A stretch of DNA of 248,000 nt from Wallemia ichthyophaga EXF-994. Taxonomy: Eukaryota > Fungi > Basidiomycota. Of this stretch, positions 55,560 through 70,975 are shown one piece after another; the first letter of the stretch is position 1; each line of letters opens with the position of its first letter. The notes under the pieces were generated by a model. The model did no database searches. It worked only from the letters and a program-made list of their open reading frames with translations, and was not told where the DNA came from. The position numbers and the translations under genes are program-made. The DNA is taken from the NCBI RefSeq assembly GCF_000400465.1, contig NW_008806280.1, forward strand, positions 20,001 through 268,000, read 5' to 3'.

Positions 55560-58500
55560 TCATGCAAACCCGAATCCTGTATTGCCCTCGTGGATTGCCG
55601 TCAATATCTGTCTGCGAAGTGCCTCGTACGACGAATATGGTCCTAAATCTAGTTGATTGACTATACCTTTGATTAGTAAAGTAAATGTAGAAATCCAACA
55701 AAACTCACAGCATGTGTGTGCAGCAGGCAGTCTATCTTCTGCACCGTACGCCTTGTGAATGTTAAATCTCTGTGTGCCTTGTGATCCCTGTAGTGCACCA
55801 AATCCTTCGAGCGGTACACGAGATGAACCAGTTGCAAACTGCAAGAACGATGCTTTCTGTGTTGAGTCGAATGACCTCAGCACCCTCCAGAACCAACCGA
55901 TCACTGGATCTGAAGGTGTGAATCCATGGTAGTCTGTCTGGTTCTTCCACGCATCGACATCAATATCAGGTAAACCAGAAATTAACAACTCCAATTCGTT
56001 CTCAGAGAATATCTTAACCAGGTCTTTCGGTATTATCTCGTGGAATCCTTCCAAGAAGCACTGAATCTGTCTCTCGATCGCTGTCGTGAGGCGGAACTCA
56101 GTTACAAGCTTGACATATTCCTTCTTGTTCTGGTCTGTTACCGGTATGTTCCTGCCGTTTGGAATTAAATCTATGATGTTCACTACACCGAACTCATCAT
56201 CCTCGATCGAGAACGTCAACTCGAGCACACCCTCCAAGCTATTCTCCAACATCCAGACGAGTGAGTTGTAGTAACTCAAATCAACACTCTCCAAATCCTT
56301 AAAGTCTACCTGTCTGCCCAGCATATGCTTGTAGAACGACCTCGTAAAGTACGCATCCAACAGTCTACCATCGTAGATAGCTTTACCAATGATACGTCCA
56401 ACAAACTTGAAGAAGTCCAAATGATGCTCATTTACGTACGACGCTCTATTTGGTTGATACGTCAATCTATCGGCATCACATGGCTGGAATAGTGCGTAAT
56501 TTGGATTAAACATCTGTTGGGCGAGTACTTGGAACCATTCACGGGCAACTCCACCTGCATCGACACCCTCTTCTCCGTGGAACTTGACTGACAACTTACC
56601 ATACTTAATCTCATCTCCAGACTTCCTCTGCAGGTACTGGAATGAGTCTGCGAAAACGTGCGAGCGACGGACGTTGACGTGCAGAGTTGGATATGTCTCT
56701 CCGCGCTTCCTTGCTCTCAGGCGCTGCATAAAGAAGCTTCTCTTGTTGTCAAACTCGAGAATGCGAGGGTTTTGTACGAGAAGTGAGAATGATCCACTCA
56801 TAAGTGCTGGATTATTGCGAACCATGATATTGATGATTTTCCTGTGCTCCTCTGTGAAGTCTATGAAAATATCCTCGATGCTCTCATTCGCTGATGGGGA
56901 TACTGGTGATCCCGTCATGCGCTTTGTTCTGAGTGCTTCTGTTTGTGGATTAACATACTTGCAAACCACCATAAGTGACTCGATGAGAGGTAAGAGAACG
57001 GTAGCGATATGTGTCATTTGCTCATTCTCTTCAATGATCTTGAGGTTTTCTGAGAGTTTTTGCCACACAGAACCAAACTAGATGTGTTGTTAGTTAACCA
57101 CCTCATGCACAAGTCAACACCTACGTTAAATGAATCGTAAATAGCGTTCACCTTCAACTCATTTGTCTTAGCCTCTTCTTGCGTTGCAGCAGGTGGCTCA
57201 GCAGTTGTTTGCGGTTGCTGGTTGATATCTTCTCTCATCAAAGAGCCAAGCACTTGACGAAGCGAAGATGGCCTTTCTTCACCAGATTGCTCACTATTTT
57301 CGCTCATCTCGCTAGATTGACCGAACATGTAATCCACAGTCTTCAACACTCTAAGCAGACGCGCCTGCAGTGATGAAGCTGGGAGGAACTTCTCCATCGT
57401 TCCAGCAGAAACATCGTCGCTCTTTTCTGCATTTCTGAGTGCATCACCGAGCTCAACAAGTTCACCGTTGAGCTGCTGACCAAAGTCTTGCGCTTTCACC
57501 TTTAACTCAGCCGCAATAACATCCTTTGCGTCTGGTACAAAGCTCAAGTTCTGGATCAGACTTAGTGTCTGCTGGAACGTTTTGCTGGTGCATTCGCCGA
57601 TCGTAAGTATGTTGACGACGTATTTGAGAACATGAGTAGGAATCTGAGGAGCAGTCTTTAGTCCCTCATCCTCCTTCTCATCTTCGGTCTTCTTGTTCTC
57701 GCCCTCCTTCTCTTTAGGACGAGGTGTAACGTTCGCGTCAGCTGGCTGTTGCTGAGGCTGCTCTTGCTGCTGTTCCTGAGTACCACTAGCTTCTGGTTTC
57801 TCGTTCTTGTCATCCTTCCTAAGCGTTGACAGTGGCTTTGTGACCGTCGCCAACAGAGTGGTAAACGTATCCATCATCATCTGCGTTTTGAAAACGGTTG
57901 GGCGATCAAGCAAACTCATCAACAGCACGATCGGGAACTTAACTGGTACTGTCTGCTTTTCCTTACCCTTGCTCTTCTTCGATGGTCTCGACCTCATGCT
58001 GCTTGAGAGATCGTGTTCAGTGAGGAAGAATGTCGAAGCGGCTGAGTTGCTGGAGACGAGAGTAGTGAGTGTCTCGAAGCAACGTTGGGCAAGCAGGTTT
58101 GGAATGGTCTCTGGAGGGATCTGCAGCAATATTGGACTAGCTGGCGTTTCTTGCGTGTGCTTGCGTTTGCTAGACACCTTACTGGTAGGAGTTGAAAGAG
58201 GTGTGGAGGCAGATGGCTTAGTTCCTTTCAAAGTCAATTGAGACAAGCTACGATCAACTGCTGGCAAGTCACCCGTACCTTCTTGCAAGATGTTCAGCAA
58301 CAACAACAACAGGTCGTTTCTAGAGCGAGAGTTTTCGATAAGCTGCGGTAATTGTTAGATGATAGGGAATCTTGTACAGATCTACCCACATTGGCAAGAA
58401 TCTTGAACAAGACCGATTTCTTGATTAGGTTTGGATAGAAAAGCAAACGTATCAAGATGGCCAATCCGCTCTTGTCGAGAAGCTGTATGGCATCCTTCTG

Positions 58501-61500
58501 GCGATGCTTCTCAGTGGCCTTCTTTGGTGGTGCCCGTGGTCCAGATGGTCTTCTACCACCAAGTATTTGTTGCAAATCCGCTCTACCCATCGATCTTTCA
58601 CCGTCATGTTGAGGATCGAGCATTTCGCCGTTCATCAGAATGAATTGTCTCATACTTGGTTCTATGGAGTTGAAGAATGGGCTTGGATCTCCCATTGCAC
58701 CAACTGCACCAACCTGAGATGAACGGCGCTCGTTACCACCTTCTGGTTGTCTTCCGCGATGGATTGACTCAAAGGCTTCTTGCTGAAGCACCTCGGCGCG
58801 AATCTCTGCTGGAAGAGCATTCAAGAACTCCATCGATATTTCGGAATCATCGTTTCCTTCTGCAGCTGGTGGGGCGCCTTCAGTAGTACGATTCTGGGCA
58901 GCTGCTGAATTTGCAGCTCTTCTCTGCTCACGAAGATGCTGCGTGAGAACCTCCTCACGCATATCATCTGGCAAGGCCTCCATAAAGCTGTTAAGGGTGT
59001 TAGACGAATGACACACTCCTCTAATCAAAATACTCACGATGGATCTATGCCAGTGTTTGTGATATCGACATCACGTCCATTGATCTGAATACTAACACGC
59101 TCTTGCGGAGCACTCGAAGAAGCATCTTGTTCTTGTTCTGCTGGTGCATCTTCAGCCATTTCGACATCTTCCTGCTGCTGGGCTTGAGGTTGGCTTTCAG
59201 CTTGCGCCTCTGACTGAACTTCTTGAGGACGCTCTGCTTCTCTCATTTCTTCTTCATGAGCTTGCTTTTCACGAGCGTCTTTCTCCTCTTGCTCCTTCTT
59301 AGATTTCTCTTCAGCCTCCTTCTGAGCTTTGTCCTCCTCATCTTTCTTGGTCTTTGCTTCGAGTTCCTTCGTCTTCTCAGCTTCCTCGGCACGGGCCTTC
59401 GCTGATGCTTCTCTAGCAGCTGGCAACAGCATCAGAATAATATGGTTGGTGATTTTGGATGAACGCTCTTGGGATGTTGAACCATAAAACAGCTTTGCAC
59501 TATCGTACCACCTGCTAAATGTAGGCAGAGCCGCTAGACCATTGACAGCGCTCAAGATGTTCGCCGAATGAGTTTGAGGAGTTTGTTGGCGTCTTGAGTG
59601 CATGTTGGTGAGTTGCTCAATTGGAATAGAGCCGCTTGGTCCATTTGGCGAGTGCAATTCAAGATGCACACGTGCTCCAGCTGGCACCCCTCCTGCTGTT
59701 CCACCAGTTTCACGCTGAAGAAGCTGCTCAATGATCTGGAAACCGTTTCTACCGAACATGCTCTCAATGGTCTGCAAGAGTGGATTAGGGGCACCTGAGC
59801 GTTGGGAGCTCTGGCGTCTGTTTCCTGTATCTTGAGATGCTGGCGTTGAGCTAGGTGGTGCTTGATCAACGAGCAGTGGTTGTTGAGGGAGCTCGCGGTC
59901 ACTCTCGAGACGATCGCGATTACCACCGAGGAAGCTTTGTGATCCTCCTTAAAGCTTGTCAGTAGAAAAATTATGGCTGCACCAATAACTCACCTCCAAA
60001 CATACGTCTTCTTGATGATCCACCGCCGAGTAGAGGGCTTCCAAAGATAGCCGTTGTCTCTCCCATGCCACCACGGCCATCGAGAAGACTGCCTATGCGG
60101 GGAGCGCGCTCAACATCCGCCTCATCTCTGAACGCCAGACCTTCTTCCTCCGCGTCCTCATCAGTCTCTGAGAAACCGTCATCAATCAAACCATCATCGT
60201 CGAATTCAGGATCAGCAACACTCTCAGCCTCTTCTTCGTCGGGCGTTGGTGCTTCAATGACTGGATCAGCTTCGTCAAAGATAGATGGGTTTTCCTCGAT
60301 TGGATTAAGCGCTTCCTCCTCGTCATACGCATCTTCGTCAAAATCGACTTCTTCACTGTTACAATGTTAGCATGACGCTTGAAGATCTGTACCAACGCAC
60401 CCTTCATCCTCCTCATCAATCCAATCGTCAGCTTCTCCCTCCTCTATCTCGTCATGATCTTCCATGTCATCCGAGTCACCGTCACTGGATCCAGAATCAT
60501 CGTCCGAAGATTCCGAGTGGTTACCAGAACCATGATGATGATGGAAATCAACTTCCATATCGTCGAAGTCTTCTTCTGCAATGGAAATGTCAGCAAATAG
60601 CCAATCGCTGGATACCAACTCACCATCCATTTCGCTGTCTTCATCGCCATCGTTTTCTTCGCCGTAATTTTCTCCACTGTACATACCGAGTGCAGAGTTG
60701 CGGTACAAATCAGGTGTACCAGCTCTGTCAGCATTACGCATCTCATCAGCACCAATATCATCCTCATCGCTGGAGTTGTCCTCATCGTCATCGTCCTCAT
60801 CTTCATCCTCATCCTCGTCTTCATTTTGCTCATCCTGGCTGTTGGAGTCCTTCTTGTCCCCATTCTTGGCCATCTTGATCGAAATTTTGGTCAAACGTTC
60901 AAGTGGGGAGAGCAAGGCGCCGATGGTGACCTTCGAGTGTGGGAAAGAGATATCTATATCACCAAGTGCGTGCGTAAGGGTAGTGACATAGTTTTTCTCC
61001 AACATCACTTTAGCCATGTGGACAGATGACTCTGTTGAAGACTTTCCAGTAACAGGATTAACAGGCCTTGCGTCTATCAATCTGGCAATAATCTCAGACA
61101 AAGCTGTCAGTCTAGCGTATCTAACACTGAGATCCTCATCAGTGACACCAGATGTATTGTCCTTGATCAATTTGCTAATTACATCCAAGACGAACTTGCG
61201 TGAGAGGACAACCTCGTTTGGAATTTCTTTGCTGTCAGTCCAAGGTGAAGTGTCACTACATGTGCTGACAAAGACTGCAATTGCCCATTCAGCTAGCGCT
61301 CTTTGCTTGCGACCGACATTGTCATGGTTCGGTGCGCCGAGCGATGGCATGGAAATGAGCTCGCTGATCAAAAAGTTGAGGAACGACACCTTTGGTTTGA
61401 ATGGTGTGCCACCGCCCTGCTTCTTCTTATTGGTCATAACTAGATTGACTTTGGAAGATGGATAGCTGGCGCAGATCTCGGTGATAGATTGGAGGATGAA

Positions 61501-64500
61501 ACACGCATAGAAGTACTCTAAGGCTCCATCAGGAGTGCTTTCTTCCTTCTTTTCATCTTTCTTCTCTTGATCGGAAGCAGCTGAAGTGGAGGATTGAGGC
61601 TGTTGTGCTGGATCTTCTTGCTGTTGCTCACTTGAGCTGTTCTTCTTTTCCTCACCTTCTTTCTTTTTCTCTTCATCCGTCTTTTCAGCCAATGAAGCGA
61701 ATTTCCTAGCCGTCTTGCCGACCCTCATGAGCTCAGCAACCAGGAATTGAAGGATAGATTCGAGAACCTCTGATGGCATGGGTGGTGCCTGAGAATTATC
61801 GTCCAGCTGCATGTCTTCGCCACGTTGCTGCTGGCCAGAATGCTCACCATCCTTTTTATCACCCAACTTCGATTTGAGCTCTGGGACGACGTCTGGACGC
61901 AGCTTGATGTGGAAGACGCCAGCTGCTGGTGAGTCACTCACAAGCATGCAGTTTTCCTTGATCACTTCCATAAACGCCTTCGTATCGCGCAAGGCTAGAG
62001 GTGACGCGGTCTTCGTGAAGGTCGATACATCAACGACCTTGCTCCCTGAGCTTGAACCTCTTGTTGGTGAGGAAGCGAAGTACGACAAAAGCTCGTTGTG
62101 CATTGTTGACTTGATGAGAGAGTCGTCTTCGATCAAATTTCTCATAATGAAGCTCAAGAAGAGTGTGGAGCCGCGGGCATTGTCAAGAGGACCGTCGAAT
62201 ATACTGCTGAGCATCTGCAATAGAGTTAGTAAATGCTTGTTCAATGTCAGGCCACAACTTACTTGCACACCACCAGCAGAGAAAAGGTCCTTCGAGTAGC
62301 GCGTTGAGCGAGTGAGCAAAGTAAGCACCTGCAATACCGCCATCAGATCAGCTTTCTTGAGTTCCCAGTTCTTATCCTTCGAGCGTTTAAATGTTGTCAA
62401 GGCAATCTCAAACAAGGCATTCTTCTGCTCTTCGAATGAGCCAGTGTCGACAATCTCCTCAATCTTAACTTCAGGAATGTTTTCGCCGACCTTGGTTGGA
62501 TCATCTGCAGTCTTGATGACTTCTGAACATCCCAGCATTATAGCACTAGCTAATAAAAATGGAGCCAGCCACTTGGGAGGTGTTTGGCTGTCTATCACAG
62601 CTGGTCCAGACTTGTAAGTCAAGTTCAAAAGACGTTCACGCTGGTTGATAACGTTATCCTTCTGAGAAAACTGATGGTCTGATATCATGACTGAGAGTAA
62701 GTGCCAACGAACGTAGAGCTTGCCTTCGCACTGACGATCCTTTGCATCTAGCGTCTCAACCTCGTCGAGAAGAGTCTTGACACCGATCTGCTCAGCTGAC
62801 TTTTCTTTGTCATCCTTAAACATATCTTTCACGTCGAAAACTATCTCGTAATGTGCATCAGCGAGGTTAAGCAAGATACTTGGGATGGTAGAGTAGAGAT
62901 TCTGGCGAGCTTGATCGAGGGATCTCTTTACAGCATCTATATTATCGTTCATTGGCGTAATTTTACCTTCGGCTAACTTTGTCTCGTAATCCTTCTTTTC
63001 CTCGTCTTTTTGGCGTTTCTGACGTAGTTCAAACTCCCTAGCTATATCGACGTAGTCTGGTCTTGCCACTAACCATTCAGCAGCTTGAGCAACGTCGTCA
63101 CCATTGTACATCAGCGCAACAGCCGAAGCATATTTTGGAAAGTCCATACTCATCATTTCTTGGAGTAACGTTTCGTTTAATCTATCAATTTTCATCACTC
63201 CCTCAATGTCTTCCATAACTTTGATTTCAACGTCCGAACGTGATTCAGCAGCTGGATGAGGCGGAGGTGGTAATTCAGGTTGAGACGTTTGTGCCTCAGA
63301 TGGCTGCGTAGCATCTGATTCACTTTGAGCAGCTTCAGTTGGAGGCTCCTCACCCAAAATTCTGTGTAAAGGTGATGAGCGCATGTTAAAAAGAGCTCTC
63401 TCCAAATCCTGCAAATGACCAATACGTTCGGAAGGTGGATTACCTAATCTACCCTGCGGTCCAGCTGGTGGCTCAGCAGCTTCACCCTCGGCCTTGATAA
63501 TGTTGAGGAAAGTCTGCACAATCAGTCTTGTAGGCTGACCGAGGGGTGCCTTGGATAACCATTCACTTTGGCATACCTTAACAAGAACTGGCATAATGAT
63601 CGATCTTAATCTGACCAAGAAGTCGTTAGAGTTGAAATACTCTGCCGAGCTCTTGTCAGCTTCCCTCAACTGCAGCGGTCCAGTTTGACTGGATTCGAGG
63701 AGTGGTCTGGTGGCAGCAAAAGTATGGAAAAGCGGCATTATGTTCTCCAAAATACGATAGATTCTGAATTGTTGCATCTCAGCCGGAGACTTTGGAATCT
63801 CGTTATCGGTAATAGTCTGGTGCGAGAGCTCGTCACTTATTTGATCGAGCCTGTGGGTCAGAAGTTGCACTCCACCGAGTTGAGCGAAAGCGAATACCAG
63901 AGGTGTTTGGAGATGATTATGTGATGTGCGATCATCGAAAAAGAGCGCATTGATCGCTTTGAGGATCTGACACATGTATGCGCAGCTTGGGCGTGGATCT
64001 CCGTTGCCAGTGAACTGGAGGTGATCAACGAGTATCTGAGCCATAGCCTTAGATGTAATTACAGAGTTCTTCTTATGCGACTGGTCACTCTGACGTCTGT
64101 ACAAGAACATCTTGACAACAGCTATGGTGGCGTTAGAAGGTACATTTCCAATAATACCATTACCCACCTTGGTAGAACGGAGTAGCAGTCTGAGGAATGT
64201 ACATCGAGAGATGTGACAAAGATTTGTAATTGAGCTTGGAAGGGGTGCTTTCCTCAGCCTTCTTTTCTTCGTCAGACTTGTTTCCACTCTTTATGTTGAC
64301 CGTTGGGTCTAAGTTGTTCATCATGATGTTTAGATTCTTCTCATACTTCTCATTTGACGACTTGGAACCTGACTCCAGCTCCTTCCAATCAAATTCAGTT
64401 TCTTTGTTCTCCTCAGCATTGAGCAAAAGGTGTTCCCAGGTGAGACTTCTGTCGAGTATGCCAATCATGTTTAACGTTTCTAAATTTCTAGGCTCGTTCA

Positions 64501-67086
64501 ACTTTGGCAGGAAGAAACCATTCGAAACTCTAATATTCAAGAAGCCGATGGATGCGAACATATCAGAAATAAGCTGCACTCTCGAGTACAACTCAATCAA
64601 ACTCCTGAACGTAGCATTTGCTTCCTCGTAGTCAGATTCATTGAGATCTTTCATCTTGATGAAGAGAGACTTGTTGCGCATTTCAGACCAAATGTGTCTG
64701 GTGCTTTCGAGCTTCTCTCTAACTTGCTCCATTGACCACATTAACGTCACTTCAGGCTTGATCTCGATTAACACTCTACCGAGCTGTGCGATAGCTTCAG
64801 ATGCGCGACTAATGGAGAAGTCGTAAGGTAAGCAAGGCAGACCGAAGAACCTTCCAAGTCTTTCCAATCCACCTGCATCCAAAAATTCTTTTGCGTGTGT
64901 ACCATTTGTGAAGACGGACTCGAGGAACTGTATTGGGTTAGGGAGATAAACCTGACTTCTAACGAACTCACTCTGGCCATGACATCGATGCATTTCATCG
65001 CGAAAGGATCTTCTCTCTTATCGTTTGGCACATTCTCCACCATGGAATGCTCGTCCTGGGTCAGCAGTCTGTATCTCGCCACCTCGCTCAAACCATACTG
65101 GCCGACTTCATTGCAGTCGAAAGCACCACCGATCTCTGCAATTCTATCTAGTTGACCGTTGATGGCATTCAATACCTTAGGTTTGAGTGAAGGTTGGTGT
65201 CTTATAAGTTCATCGACACTCGATCCAATGTTGACAGCATTCTCCTTTTCGCTCAACACCTTGATATGGGTAGCAGAGGTGAACATTTCGAATATCTTAC
65301 CAATAATCGTATCAGATCTCTGCATGAATTCGTTCAAGCCGTTCTCATTCAAACAGCAAGCTGAGATGACATTGAAGATAACAGTGAGAATATCGATATG
65401 CGGTTCTATATACTCTTCGATACTGTTGTAAAACTTGGCAGGCAACTGTGCCTCCTGTATGATTGAGAGGGATGTAGGCTCGTTGTGTACGAATGTAGCC
65501 ATGATATTGAGAGCGAATGAGGTGATCGATGCACCGAAGAATCTGCGGTTGTCGAGGATAAGATGAATGTCCTGCAGAAGTGTAGTGTCTATCAGATTGC
65601 GTATTCCACCCTCAGTACCTGAGGATGTAAGCAGCCTGTAGATAGAACGTAGCGACGATTTCATTGCTTGTGATTCAGAGACAGGGAGACGGCCAAATGT
65701 TGTTGCAACGTCCTCGTCATTGTCACTCTTCGCTTCCAACTCTGCCTTATGCTCTACACTCGCAAGAACTCGGTGGTGGATCTTCTCAACGAGTGTGGTG
65801 AGTCCATTGGCGTTGATAAAGATGGGAAGAGCGTTGCGGTATGAGTACAAAAGTGCATCGAGGAGTTGAAGACACTTTGTGATTAGCGTTGAGCTGTCGA
65901 CTTTGAAGAGATTGATAAGCAATGTAATCAGCCCGGCCCCAACCAGCATCTGGCCACCCGAATTCGAAGTCGAGAGATGGCTGATCATAGAAAAAATGCT
66001 GTCCACAAGGTCCACAAGCTGTGGTGATGGTGGTGATGATTGAGACAACTTATTGGTGACATTGCGAATATAGGTGAACAACAAGCCCTGGTTGACACCT
66101 GCATTTAAGCAACTAAGAACTTCACTCACGCGCGTCTTGTAGTGCGCCAAAGATTCAAGGCAGATGAGAGAGGTGGATTGGATTGAGATATACTCATCGT
66201 CCAATGGAAGTTGAAGGAGGTGGGTGAGCTGCTGCACAAGTGTTGGTTCATAAATAAGCAGATTGTGTTGAGCTTGAGATTCTTTAACGAGCTGTAAATA
66301 TAAACTCAAAGCTAGGAGTCTAGATTCGATGAAATGACGTCTGGAAGGGCTATCAAAAACCTTGATGGATCTGATGCGATGATATAGATCAAAGTTGTTC
66401 GAGTTGCCGTCTTTTGGTATTTTGTACTGATCAACGCACTCCTTGTGTAGGTCGAGGTCGCTAAGTGGATTTTCACCAACTTTTTCCAAGTGAATACTTC
66501 TCGACTGGGTGTCAAAGAATTGGAAAGAGACTGTGTCATTGAGGGGAGGAATAGAGGTTGTAATGGAATCAGCGAGACTGGCGCTACTTGGCCAGTTCCA
66601 CGCCACTGATAGCAGAGCCTTGCTGTTGAGCTGGAGAGCGTTGCGATGGTGAGCTTGAATAGACAGAATAAGTTTGAGATTGTTGGAAAGCACCTCGACA
66701 TCGTTTGTTAAAATGAGAGCGTCTAAATGCTCCACCGAATTAAATATCTTTCTATTGGAGCAATTATCGATGAGAAGCTTGAGAAATCTAAGGACAGCGT
66801 TGATAAGCCTCTTAGAGGATGCGTCAAAGAGCTTATCCTGCACACCGTAGCCAGCAGATTTCAAATTAAAGTCATTTGTAATCTTCTCGAGCGTGCCATC
66901 CAATCTATTGAGTACTCCGATGTACGCATAGAGATCTCCCTTGGGCCAAACCCACTCTTTGAAATCTTCGAGATGCGCTGCCATCTCCTCATCGGTGCAC
67001 TTCTCAACAAGATGTAGCTTGTGACGGAGCGTCGTGGGGATTGTAGCCACTGTCCTTCTTGATGTACGTGGACGTACAGGGGCCAT
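55560..67086 (-). CDS. TOM1: HUWE1/Tom1 HECT E3 ubiquitin ligase
   Basis: DUF908/913-like N-terminus, UBA, UBM, HECT with LPAAHTC. Confidence 0.93.
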
Positions 67087-67249
67087 TGTAATTATTATTT
67101 ATTTATTTTCAACTTGAACTTGATTGTTCTAAACCAAGTGTGGTGCGTCGTGGTCCTTGTGCTTTGTATTACGCAACACTCCAATCAAAATTTACGATGC
67201 AATAAATAACTTTTTTACTATATATACAAGCTGTGGTATATCAGTTGAT

Positions 67250-68834
67250 CGCCGTGCTAGCTCTTGCTTTTCTTGAGCGTCGTTGCGTCTGGTGGCTGCT
67301 CCTGTCATGTTTGGTGAGAGCAACGCGGGTATTTAAATAACCCACACTCTTCTCCGAGACCATTGTATTCTCTCGCCCTCTTTTTAGTGCTGCTGCTCTT
67401 GATTCGGCACCTTTGTTCTGCCACTTCGTTAGCCCACACGGTCGATATCCCCGGTACTCACTTTTTTAGGCGATGAGAATGGTGTTTGTTGTGCTTGTGC
67501 ATGTGGTTGCGGTTGTGGTAAGTCCTGCTGCTGATGTGGTGGCGATGGCTGCTGTTGATAGCCATTAGGTATAGGCGGCGGAGGCATGAGCAAGCTCCTT
67601 TTGTTATTGTGACTAGGAAGACGTCTGAGAATAAAGCTAAAGGCCCAAAGCCAACACCAAACTCACCCATCATTTATGTCATTCAACGAGCCTACGTTGA
67701 CATTAGCACTGGCATTGGTATTGGTGTTGTCATCTATGACCGACTTGTCATCCACTACCGATACCATACTCGCGTCATTCATTTCGAACCCATCCCAAAT
67801 CAGATCGTCGTCTTTGGTGGGATGTATTGATGAATGCGCAGAAGTATTGAGACTGCCATTGCTGTTACTGTTGCTCACACCGCTCATCCTCCTTACATTT
67901 GCCTCATGATACTCCCTCTCCTTCTCCCTCTCCTTCTCCTGCGCTTGCTGCTGCTGTCTCTGCTGCGTCAGACGCCTTTCCTCCTGCTCACGGACGTGGT
68001 TTGGTCTGTAGTCAAATTCTGGTGGTCTGTAGAGCTGATCTGGATCATAACGGTACTGCGGTGGATGATAATGTGAGTTCTACATTCCAAAACCACGCCA
68101 TACCACTCACTCTATTCTTATCCTTATGTTTGATAATCTCCTTAGAGTAATCCTTATCGTACAGACAGTTACCGGTTGAGTTACCAAAGTAGCGCAAGCA
68201 CCTCTTTACAGCGTCTGTGACTGACTCCTTGCGGCTCTTCTCGATAGCTGCTCCACGCGTTGGACAGTTAACCATTTCACCGAAACCGAAGTCTTCATGG
68301 AAAGCGCCCGTTGTGAATACTGTTACTCTCACGACTGTTGTGATAGCGCAGTTGAATTTGCCGGCAGGAGTAGGCTCAAGCTGTTACGGTGTTATTCGTG
68401 TGTACGCGTGCTCTCCAACGTACAAATTCAGTCGTGCTGCTCATGAGCTGAGTGGACCAGCCATCGTGGCCGAATATGCTGTTCGCGAGTGAAATGGCCT
68501 GGTTGCCTTCGATATAAGATACCTCTGATCGGCGTGTATGCGTCAGTGCGTCCTCGTTCATCACCCTGCCCCACTTACTGCTTCCGCCGGGCGCTGGTCG
68601 CTGGGAGATGCACTCCGGCGCCAGTCTCTTTGCCAGCTTCTCCGCAATCTCTTCTCGCTGTGTGGCGGAGAAAAACCTCTCTGACTGCTGCGAAAGCACT
68701 TGCGTTTCGTTGGGTGTAGACATGCCGAGTGCGAAGTTGGACGGTGCCGCGGCGTGATAGTCGTTCCTATCGCTATTGATTCCGATATTCGTGCGTAAAA
68801 TATCTGGATTTCTGCCGTGGTTGTTACCGTTCAT
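67250..68834 (-). CDS. RAD52: DNA repair/recombination protein Rad52
   Basis: ISQRPAPGG, ANSIFGHDGWS, HEDFGFG, ESVTDAVKRCLRYFGNSTGNCLYDK. Confidence 0.9.
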
Positions 68835-68952
68835 CTGCGCAGATTGAGTTGATTGAGATGGTGGTGTGTTGATAACGGACTAAATTACGTAAATACACGC
68901 TAAATGAGTAGTCTATTACAATGCTATCACAACATGACGTCAAAATACATTC

Positions 68953-70885
68953 TCATTTCCCAGCAGAGAACGGACTCTGCCAGGCGCTCTCAGCTTCATC
69001 GTTCACACTGCCATTAACTGACGTCGATCGCGATGCTGGCATTGAATTCCTCGCCTTACCTGCGATATACGCGCCAAAGCCACCAAGAGTGCTCTTAACC
69101 GACGCGTTCGGTGTAGTGGGGCTGCTCCCATTTGCACCAGCACTCGCACTCCTCCGATCATGCATATCCGACACTCCCTCACTCAGCCGCAGTCCTAAAC
69201 CGTTGCCGCTCATGTGTGGATGTCGAGGCTCAATGAGGTCGAATAGTGCGACATCTGTGCGCATATTCCAGTCAATGAACGCAGTGCTCGTCCGCATTAC
69301 ATTCACAAACCCTTCACCAAAAGCCTGTGAAGGGTTTTTCTCGTAACTCATACCAACCAGACTGTCTTTCTTATTGTTACCGGTGCCATACTTGACATAA
69401 TCGACATACTTGATACTGGCGAGAGCGGAGCAGATGTAGTCTTCAAATTTAGCTCTCAGCCAATCGTCACTGTCGACGAAAGACACGGGTCCACCACCCA
69501 TGTTTTGGCGATGATGCGTCGCTGTAACGCTCGCGACTACCTCGTCCATCCACTTGCGATCTTGCGATGTCGGAGCGACCAGTTTCTCCAGACCCGGCGA
69601 ATGCCACTCTAAGGTCCCATTGTCGATGTCGACAACAACATCTAACTTGAGATTCTTTTGCTGTGTGAACACGGCATTCGTAGTGCCGGCGAGGAAAGCA
69701 TTTGTGCGCGCATCCATCAGCATCTCTATCTGTTGCAGCGGCATGTAGGGCTGGAAGAAGGAGCCTTTGCCAAAGAGGTCAAGCGGCATACCGGCGTATT
69801 CGAGAAGACTGTCGCGGTCTGTAGTACGCATGCTGCCAGTTGTGGTATTTCCACTCACTCTGCGCCCTAGTGTCGTGGGTATATCAGGACTAGCAGCATG
69901 TGCGAGTGCATGTAGCAGATTAGGAATGAGTGAGATGAGCGAGTATTGGAAGTTGCACAGCCGCTCGACAGGATACTCAGGGTGCTTGGACAGAGGGCGG
70001 TAGCCAAAGAATAAGATACGCTTTTGCAAGAGAAGAAGTTTCAGTAGGGTGAGTGTTTTGTGTTTGAACTTTAGCACAAGCTCGTGTAGGTTGGTGCCTG
70101 TGTTAAGAACAGCCTGGTTAGTGTAATCGAGCAAGCTGTGTTCAAGCGACTGGTGAAATTGGACAAGCAGCTGTCGTTCGCTGAAGTTGCGCTGGTGAAA
70201 AAAGGCACGCGTGATGACGCCGAGCTTGTCCCTGTTGAGCGTGAGCGTGTAAGAAGCGAGCAGTCACCAGCAATGCAACCCACCTTATTGGTCCAAAAAC
70301 TGGCTTAGTAGTGAGTACCACGATTGCCTTCTGGACAATTGACCTGGTAACATGGCTATCTCTTTCGATCAACTCACTCGCCTTGAGCTGCCGATTGCAA
70401 CTAATACCGAAGACGGTGGATTTGCCGAGCTTGCCGTCCTCCGGCGGCTTCAAGTGAAAGTAGGAAAAGTCCTCTTGCGTCATATGTGCGCCGTCAGGGA
70501 GAGCGAGGAAAGGGAGAAGACGGGCAAATTCGGAGTCAGTGACGGTATTTGGTGGGTGGCAGAACTCAATAATTGGGCCGAGATTGTGATGGAAGTCTAT
70601 GAGTAGAGTTGCGAGGAGTGGATCGTTCTCGCTACGCTGCGATTGTGCGGCAGAAATATCATCGCTAGTTGAGCGTGTAGAATGAGATGAAGGACCTGGC
70701 AGTGGCGACGGCAGTGATGGCAGCGTTGCGTGCTTCGTATGCGGTGTATGCTGGGAATGCTCGTACTCGAATGGATTTACATCTTGGTGAAACGGCGTCG
70801 GAGTGAGCTTGGATTGAAGTTCCGATAGAGACGCCCGCGGATCTGATGCCCAGGGATCTTGGTCGAATGAGTTTAGGTGGGACAT
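68953..70885 (-). CDS. AVL9: Late secretory pathway protein Avl9 (DENN-like)
   Basis: DFHHNLGP, LPDGAH, FQPYMPLQQ, GTTN. Confidence 0.88.
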
Positions 70886-70975
70886 GGCCGTGTGTGCGCA
70901 AGGAGGTACGTGTGCCTCGAGATTTCCTCCAATTACTGCTGGAATGACACGAAATGTATATTTGTCGCATGAAAT